Assembly (NCBI GenBank): GCA_016748015.1 | Contig: JAAOMT010000672.1 | Coordinates: forward strand, 549,816 to 578,537 | DNA: 28,722 nucleotides | Reading direction: 5' to 3' | Origin: Geosiphon pyriformis uo1 | Taxonomy: Eukaryota > Fungi > Glomeromycota | Shown here: positions 21,123-28,722 of the stretch, piece after piece | How positions within the stretch are numbered: position 1 is the first letter of the stretch | Layout: each line of letters begins with the position of its first letter | Program-made: the position numbers and the translations under genes | Notes under the pieces: generated by a model | Database searches by the model: none | The model's input: only the letters and a program-made list of their open reading frames with translations | Told to the model about the DNA's origin: nothing

Positions 21123-21345
21123 TTATTTTTTCTTTTAATATTAAGCTTTATCAAAATTTTTATTTTGAATTAATTTTATTCCTTCTTTTTTCAATATTAT
21201 GTATTTAATTCTGGTTTTTAGATTTTCAAATTGAGAATTGGTCATTTTTTTTATTGGTTAACTATTATTGTTTCTATATTTGTATACAGTAGTATCTTTG
21301 AATAATTTTAAAATATAATATGTAATCAATAGATTGTTTTGATAT
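21123..21345 (-). pseudogene. Family B ORF3 C-terminal remnant plus eroded PPT
   Basis: Translates as IKTIY*LHIIF*NYSKILLYTNIETIIVNQ/IKKMTNSQFENLK...NFDKA*. The DNA aattttgataaagcttaatattaaaagaaaaaataatgttac matches family A aattttgatggagctcaatcttgaaaggaggggataatgttac. Confidence 0.8.
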
Positions 21346-21473
21346 TATTATTCATAGAAAAAAAATACGAAAAAAGATAAAAAAACAGATCATAAAATAA
21401 ACTAATCAAAGAATAGTATTCAATAAATAAGCACATTTTTAAAAAATTATGATACACTTTTAGAAATATACAC
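21346..21473 (+). repeat. 5' fragment of another family B LTR, interrupted by the next insertion
   Basis: TATTATTCATAGAAAAAAAATACG matches the LTR-B start TGTTACTTATAGAAAAAAAGTACA and is followed by the first GCACATT repeat units. Confidence 0.62.
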
Positions 21474-23860
21474 TGTTATTTGTTGAAAAGTACAAGAAAG
21501 AAAATAGGAAAAACAAATAAAATAGATTAATAAGGGAATAAAACTTAATAAATAAGCACAATATTAAAAAAATTATGACATATTGCTTAGCAATTGGCAT
21601 ATTGTCAGTAAATTATGGCATATTACTCAGCAATAAGCACATTGTCAGAAAATTATAGCATATTGCTTGGCAATAAACATATTGTCAAAGAAAATAGGAC
21701 ATATTGCTCAAAAAAATATGAGATTTTATATAACAAGAATTATGTATATATAGTAAAAGTATTAGAAACAAAAAAGATAGAATTAATACAAACAAGATTA
21801 GTTACAATCCATTAATTATCCAATACTTTTTTCTTCAAAAAATAGTTTTCTATAACTTAAAGTGAAATTAACTTACATATTAATAAAATATTAATTATTA
21901 TCTAAAATCCATGTTACTATTACTTGATTAAGAAATATTAATTAATTCTATGCTATTAATACTCAATGTTAATAAAATTTAATACTTAATTACACTAAAT
22001 TAATAGCTTTTGATTATAAATATTGACAAGATACTAATTTTTTATTTTTTTTAGTTTTTTAGTTTTTTTTATTTTTCTTGTTTTATTTTTTGTTTATTAA
22101 TTGATTAAAAAAATTATGCACTAAGTATTTGATGTCAAGGATAGTCTGATAAAAAAAGAGTAGAAATTTAAGGATAGCTTACCAAAAGGACATAATTGCC
22201 AGAATAAACCAGCTATTATGTTGAAAAAAAAATTCACAAAAAAAACCATCAATTAAATCTTTGTTCATTATACAAAAGACTTAACCAAAACTTTTAGACT
22301 CTAAAACTTTCAGAAATTACCAACACTACTAGTTATTAAGTACCAAGTTACAGATTTGTTATTTGTTTTAACACTTCCAAATAAGCACTTATAATATTTG
22401 ATGCTTCCTATGAGATATAATCTAACAGAAAACCAGCACTAACATTAACCATTTGGAAAAGTAGTAAACGAAGAAATTATAGGAGAAAATTATTTAAAAT
22501 TTGCGAAATTTTTATTTCAATATTATCAAACCCAATATAGACTAACAAATAACAATTGGCCAATAGAATCAGCTTTCAATTTCTACATCAACAAAAAAAT
22601 TAAATCTTATTTGGAAAACCAAAAAGATCCAGAAGCTGCTCTCAATAATTTCTACAGCAAATTATTCTAAAGCATTACAATTTCACCAAATTATTTGTTT
22701 ACATTACTAATCATAGAAATAAACAAAAAAATTGAAAAATATATCTAAAAAAAATTTTTTATTACTTTTGCAGATAAGAAAAATTTATATATCTTAACAA
22801 AAATATTAAAAAAAATACAAATACTTAATTAGAAAAAACCAAGAATTATTTTACTTATTTATTTATTATACTATTATATATTAGAAAGTACTATATATAT
22901 ACTATCAGAATCCACATTACCATCAATTGTGAAAACACTATTACTCAAAGTATTATTTCAAAATAATTAAGAAAAAGCTAAATTATTAAGAACCTATAAT
23001 GATTACTTTAAAAAATTTAGATCATAATCAACAACACCATTAAAACTTTAATCATTACTACTCCAATCAAATTTCAAATTTATCAGTCATTAAAAAGATA
23101 TTAATTCAGAGAAAAAAAACAGCAATCAAGAAAATAATAATCAAAATCTGATCCCAAATAATCTGAAAATACAAACTCTAATTGTTCTAACTTTGCCAAA
23201 TCTAAATAATCTAAACTCTGTTCTTATTATTTAGCAAAACTTATCTTCAGTTATTGTGATCAATCTATTAGTTGCATTAATTGTCTTATCACAACAATGA
23301 TTTCAATAACAATTATAACAACAACAACTAATATTAATAATATATACACTTATTGCTAAACTCAAAAAATACATTGGCAAAAAAAACAATGCTTAAGCAT
23401 GATTAAATGATGTTATCAAAACAATTACAGCCAATAATTAAAATAATGTCAGAGTCTTTTAAGCTATTTTTTACTACTTATAAGATACTATTAACTCGTG
23501 ATATTAGAATCTCATCAACAAGCCACAAATTTTTAATATGTTTAAAACTGTATTTTTATAATACTTTAGCAATTATAACAGTATTAATTAGTTATTAACT
23601 AGTTTTGCCACAATTAAACAAGGCAATACTGAAGCAGTTACTACTTACTTAAAATGTTTTCACAAAAATCTGTGCCAAATACAGGCAATTCAAGCTGATT
23701 ACTTTATTAAGACACAAATCTTAAACCAGTTTATTTATAGATTATACAGTAGTTTGTTACAATAAGTATGTTTAATACACTCAAATATCTTTTAAAATAC
23801 AGTCATACACACCAGAGATTTTGAATTAACCAAACTCAAAGCCAATTATGTCTAAACCAT
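21474..23860 (+). mobile_element. Family B copy 1: 5' LTR (21474-22396), eroded PBS and decayed gag, interrupted at 23861
   Basis: TGTTATT...TTATAATA is followed by TTTGATGCTTCC. The gag relic reads GENYLKFAKFLFQ..WPIESAFNFYINKKI...QILNQFI..RDFELTKLKANY. Confidence 0.85.
21555..21712 (+). repeat. About 20-bp tandem repeats (GCAYATTG core) in U3 of the family B LTR
   Basis: About 8 units, e.g. gcatattgtcagtaaattatg and gcatattactcagcaataa. Equivalent arrays lie at about 23935-24090 and 20915-21045 (-), each followed by TATGTATATATA. Confidence 0.8.
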
Positions 23861-26800
23861 TGTTACTTATAAAAAAAAGTATAAAAGAAATAGTAAGAAA
23901 AATAGACCAATAAGAAAATAGTATTGAGCATGTAAGCACATTGCTGATAAATTATGGCATATTGCTCAGCAATATAAGCAATGTCAGTAAATTAGGACAT
24001 ATTGCTTAACAATATAAGCAATATCAATAGATTAGAGCACATTACTCAGCAATATAAGTATTGCTTAAGAAATTATGAAAAATTGCTCACAAATATATAA
24101 AATCTTATAAAACATCAATTATGTATATATAGCAAAAATGTTAGAAGCAGAAAAGAGAAAACACACAGCTAGAATTCTCAGTTACAAAACACAATTAGAA
24201 GTAGTTCAAAATTCATATTACATATTAATAAATTATCAATTACTATTTGAATTTATGTTATTATTGCTTGATTAAAAAATCTTTATCATTTTTACTCTAT
24301 TAACACTTAACTATACAAAAACAATAGCTCTTGATTACAGTTATTGACAGGATATTAATTTCTTCTTTTTTTTATTTTTTTTTATTTTTTTATTTTTATT
24401 TTTATTTTTTGTTGTTTGTTGTTTACTAACGAATTTAAAAGATTAAGTATTAATTAATTGATGTCAAGAATAGCCTGATAAAAGATCCAGAAATAAGAGT
24501 ATAAAACTCAAAAATTAAGAATAACTTACCAGAAAAGCATAACTGCTAAAATAAACTGGCCACCATGCTAAAAAAAGAAATTAACAGAATAAGCATTTTG
24601 AAAAACTACTAAAACAACCATTAAATCTCTGTTCATTATACAAAAAACTCAACCAAAAATCTTCAGATATGAAAATTTTCAGATACATAAATTTTCAGAT
24701 ATTACCAATCATATTACTTATTAAGTACCAAGTTATAAATTTGTTATTTGTATTGACACTCCAAATAATTACCTGTAATATTTGGTGCTCTTTGTGAAGT
24801 ATAATCTAGCAAAGAACCAATATTAACAACAACCATCTAGAAAAGTAACAGACCAAAAAAGTATAGGAGAAAACTATTTAAGATTTACAAAATCTTTATT
24901 TCAGCAATACCAAAGTCATCTTAAATTAACAAATAACAATTGGCCAGCAGAATCAGCTTTTAATTTCTATATCAACGAAAAATTAAAGCATATTTAAAAG
25001 CCCAAGAAAATCTAGAATCTGTTTTTAACAACTTCAACAGTAAATTATTCCAAAACATTACACTTTTACCAAACTATCTGTTTGCATTAACAATTACAAA
25101 AATAAATAGAAAGATTAGAAATTACATTTAACAAAAATTTCTCATTACTTATGTAAATAAAAGCAAAGAAAAATTACAAACACTAGCAGAAACACTAAAA
25201 AAAATACAATCACCTACTTGGAAGAAACCAAAAGTTGTCTCTCTTATACACTTATCATACTATCATATTCCAAGAAATACCATTAACATAATATTAGCAG
25301 GCATGTCCACATCAACTGTGAAATTACTAATAGCTAAAATTCTATTTCAGAGTAAACTAAAAAAAGCAAAACTATTGGGAACCTATGGTAAGTATTTCAA
25401 GGAATTTAATTTATGACCTACAATGCTATCAGAACATTGGTCACCATTACGACAACTGGATTTTGGAAATACCAGCCCTTGGGAAAGAACTGATTTAGGA
25501 GAAGAAGAAGATAAAAATCAGAAATTTAATTACCAAAATTCAATCTTAGAAAATCTGAAAATACAAACTCCAATTATTCTAACTCAGCAAAATCAGAACA
25601 ATCTAAACTCCAATCTTATTATTCCTCAAAACTTATCTTCAGTAATTGTGATTGATTTACCACCAGTTGTCTCAATTGCCAAACAACAACAACAACAACA
25701 ATAGCTCTAATAATCACTTCAATTACCACTATCATAACAACTGTTATTAATAGCATATACACCAATTGTCAAATTAAAAAAATTCAACAGCAAAGAAAAC
25801 AATGCCCAAGTTTAGTTGAATAATATCACAAAAGCCATTACTGCCAATAATTGAGATAATGCCAAAGCTTTCCAAGTTATTCCATATTTTCTCCAGAATA
25901 CTACCAATTTATGATATCAAAACTTGATTTAAAAGCCCCAAAATTTCAATGATTTTAAAATTGAATTTTTGAAATACTTTAGTAATAATAATAGCATTAA
26001 TTATTTCACAACTGTCTTCACTACTATCAAACAAAGAAAAACTAAAGTTATTACTATTTACCTAAGACATATTTATAGAAATCTGCACCAAATACAAGCA
26101 ATTAATGCAAATTATTTTACAGCACAACAGATTTTGAATTGGCCAAGCTAGAAACTAACTATGCTCAAGTTATTAATCTAGTAATGAACAGATCATCTGA
26201 CTTGAATTCCAAATTGAAACAATTCAGTAATTTTATTAATCAAAAATTAGAGAAATACTTAGCTAACAATCAAGCAATTTATCAATCTTCACAATGTCAC
26301 AATAATCCAAGAAACCCAAATTATTTTTAAAATTAACTGCATCTATTATTAACCAATCAACAGTAGCAACAAGAGATATTTAGTTGCTACTATTGTGATA
26401 AACAAAAACATCTACAAATTGACTGTCATATTTGGTTAAATAATCAACAATTGGAAAATCAATATTAAAATTCCAATTACCAATTTTAAACTCCAAACTA
26501 TCAGCCAAACTAAGACTAATATCAGTCTTATTATTTACCAATAATACAACAAGCAATATATTTACTGCCAATTTATTAATCTTTAACATTGGCAATATAT
26601 CAATTGCAGCCTCAAATTATCTATCAATCATAACAACTTTAAATACCACCACCAAACTCAGCTTAAATGACAACCAGAAATCAAAGACTAAGGATCATTC
26701 ATACCTGACAAAACTGGAGATTGGCAATAGTAATACACCAACCAATTTTTAGTTCCTTAAATCAACCATTAAGATTATGCCAACAGAGTTTGGATATTGG

Positions 26801-28722
26801 GTACATTCAAAACTCAAATTCTCAAAACTACTTAAGTCTTCTGGTTATCCCAAAAGACACTCAAATTAGCAAACAGAAATCTAATTAAATTACTTACTAA
26901 TAATATCCTATTAGCAATTATTACTAAAAACAAATTACTTACCACTATTTTTCTTTTTGAATTTGAAGAATCAGTTAAAATGCTTTTATTCAATAAAGCC
27001 ATCCTGGAAGCAAAACCAATCACCACAATATATACTGATGTAAAAGTTAATGGCCATTCTATCAAGCTAATCCTTGATAATAGGTCAGCAAGCAGTATTA
27101 TTACATGACAACTGATGAACCAATTAAGTCATTGAGTTGATTGTATTACCAACACTAAGATTATTATAGCCGATAAAACAACCAAAACTCCAATTGGCAA
27201 AATTAATAATTTTTTATTTGAAGTCAATAACATTATCACACCAATTAAGATTTTTGTTATAGAAGTTATGTAATACCAAGTGCTAATTAGTAATGACTGG
27301 TTGTTTAAAACCAGTGCTATACTTAACTGAACCACTCAAAAACTACAGTTCAGTCAAAATAAACAACACATGTAAATACCAACTATGTGTGGTCATTTTA
27401 AACCACAAATTACTCAATCACAACCACTAATAAAATTAGAAAAAAAAAAGACAAATCTATCTGGGAAGTTTATCAAGTCTCATGGGCTAAAGAAAATTAC
27501 AACACGCTATCACCAATTCTGTTATGGAATGACAAAAAAAAAAGAAAAGAGGTGGACAAACCACAAGCTACCAATATCAATAAGGCTGTTAACAGTTAAT
27601 ATACCCCATACTCAGTAGACATAAAAAAAAACCACTTTATATTTCTCTTAAGTGTATTAATTGCAAGAAAAAACTTTTATTCATAGGAGCTTGGGTTGCA
27701 CCAGACAAAGACTATTAGATGTATATCTATTATTACTGTAAACTATGTTACCAAAAATGTTTTGGTTACCTAAAAAAACAAGAAAAGTGAGACAATAAAT
27801 TATGTCTCACTTGTGAAGAAACAATATTCAATAAAAGAATGTAAAATAACATTTCTGGTTAAAGAGAAACATGTAATGCATTATGCCAATACACAATTCT
27901 TATTAGCAATTGGATAATCCAAAGAACACTTTTTAATACTGCTTGGAATTGAATACTCTCATGCTTGAATAATTATCTACATGACAAAAACAAATTTTAG
28001 TAAATAACAAGTGCTAAAATTGAAAATGTTTTGCCCAATAAAATATTAGCAATCAAAAACAACCAACCAAAACCAGTTGAAACCACTCTTATTCCAAATT
28101 CAGATGCATTTTTTAATATTCTAAGTAATTCAGAACAATTCCATAAACACTACCAAAATCTAGCACCTATTAAAAAAGAGCAGAAGCAGTGTTTGGAACA
28201 ACTAAATACAAGACTGTATAAACATTGCTTAATTTCCAGTGACTTTGATTATTATGATAATTGTGATTTTATTTATAATCTATTACCTGCATAATTTATT
28301 TGATCCCTAAAGAGAAAGAACCAATTAGCAATTATGTCAGGGAATTAGAATTAAAATTCAATTCCAATTCAAACTTTGATAATAATAACAACAATAGTTT
28401 CAACTTTATTCACTATGACAATAACAATAACAATTCAAACTTCAATTATAATCTTGAACAATATATTGCACTTCCAAATTTTTCAATAAAGCAGAAATTG
28501 AAATAGTTCAGTAATAATAATAAAGATATTATGCCAGAATGAGCACATAATACTGATGCAAAATTTGATCATAGATATTCCAAAAAAACTGCTATTAAAC
28601 TGGAACCACATTCACATATCAGCATAAATCTGAAAATAGCACTGGAAATTCTAGTAACAACAATAGTTTAAATAATATTAAGATTTAGTTTAGCAAAAAA
28701 AGAAATCAACATCAAAAAAAAA
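23861..28722 (+). mobile_element. Family B copy 2: 5' LTR (23861-24780), PBS and decayed gag-PR-CysRich-dUTPase, running off the window
   Basis: The LTR reads TGTTAC...GTAATA, with PBS TGGTGCTCTTTGTGAAG at 24783. Relics: gag WPAESAFNFYINE and AFQVIPYFLQNT, knuckle CYYCDKQKHLQIDC (26385), protease LILDNRSASSII (about 27067), Cys-rich CINCKKKL/YYCKLC/CLTCEE/TCNALCQY, dUTPase IMPE*AHNTDAKFDHRY...RFSLAKK (about 28530-28722). Confidence 0.9.
24783..24799 (+). promoter_or_regulatory. Family B primer-binding site TGGTGCTCTTTGTGAAG
   Basis: Starts 2 nt after the LTR end. An eroded equivalent TGATGCTTCCTATGAGA is at 22399. It resembles the complement of an elongator tRNA-Met 3' end (tentative). Confidence 0.72.

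Noticed and set aside
20173-22396. Large inverted repeat suggesting a DNA transposon or foldback element
   Set aside because: It is explained by opposite-orientation family B LTRs with PPT/PBS context. No transposase is present.

Overview
This 28.7-kb AT-rich eukaryotic window holds no host genes and is a nested pile of retrotransposons. The repeat proteins resemble those of early-diverging fungi such as Glomeromycotina (inference only). (1) A full-length non-LTR (LINE) element lies on the minus strand at 1209-7960. It has a 14-bp TSD, a (TAA)n tail, an ORF1 with RRM-like and CCHC motifs, and an ORF2 with APE-RT-RNaseH-CCHC. (2) A full-length Ty3/Gypsy-type LTR element, 'family A', lies on the plus strand at 9231-19519. 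It has 867-bp LTRs, a 4-bp TSD, a PBS and a PPT. Its layout is unusually cargo-rich: extended Gag, protease, an unknown multi-CxxC domain, dUTPase, a dUTPase-like relic, RT and RNaseH, then an out-of-frame integrase ORF and an extra non-env ORF3 before the PPT. (3) Element 2, and probably element 1, inserted into an older, heavily C>T/G>A-eroded LINE. (4) 20173-28722 is a nest of four decayed copies of a related LTR 'family B'. These independently preserve the Gag N-terminal domain, the Cys-rich domain, the dUTPase and the ORF3 C-terminus. Decay is almost purely by transitions, many in non-CpG context. Two 20-N assembly gaps interrupt the family A 3' LTR.
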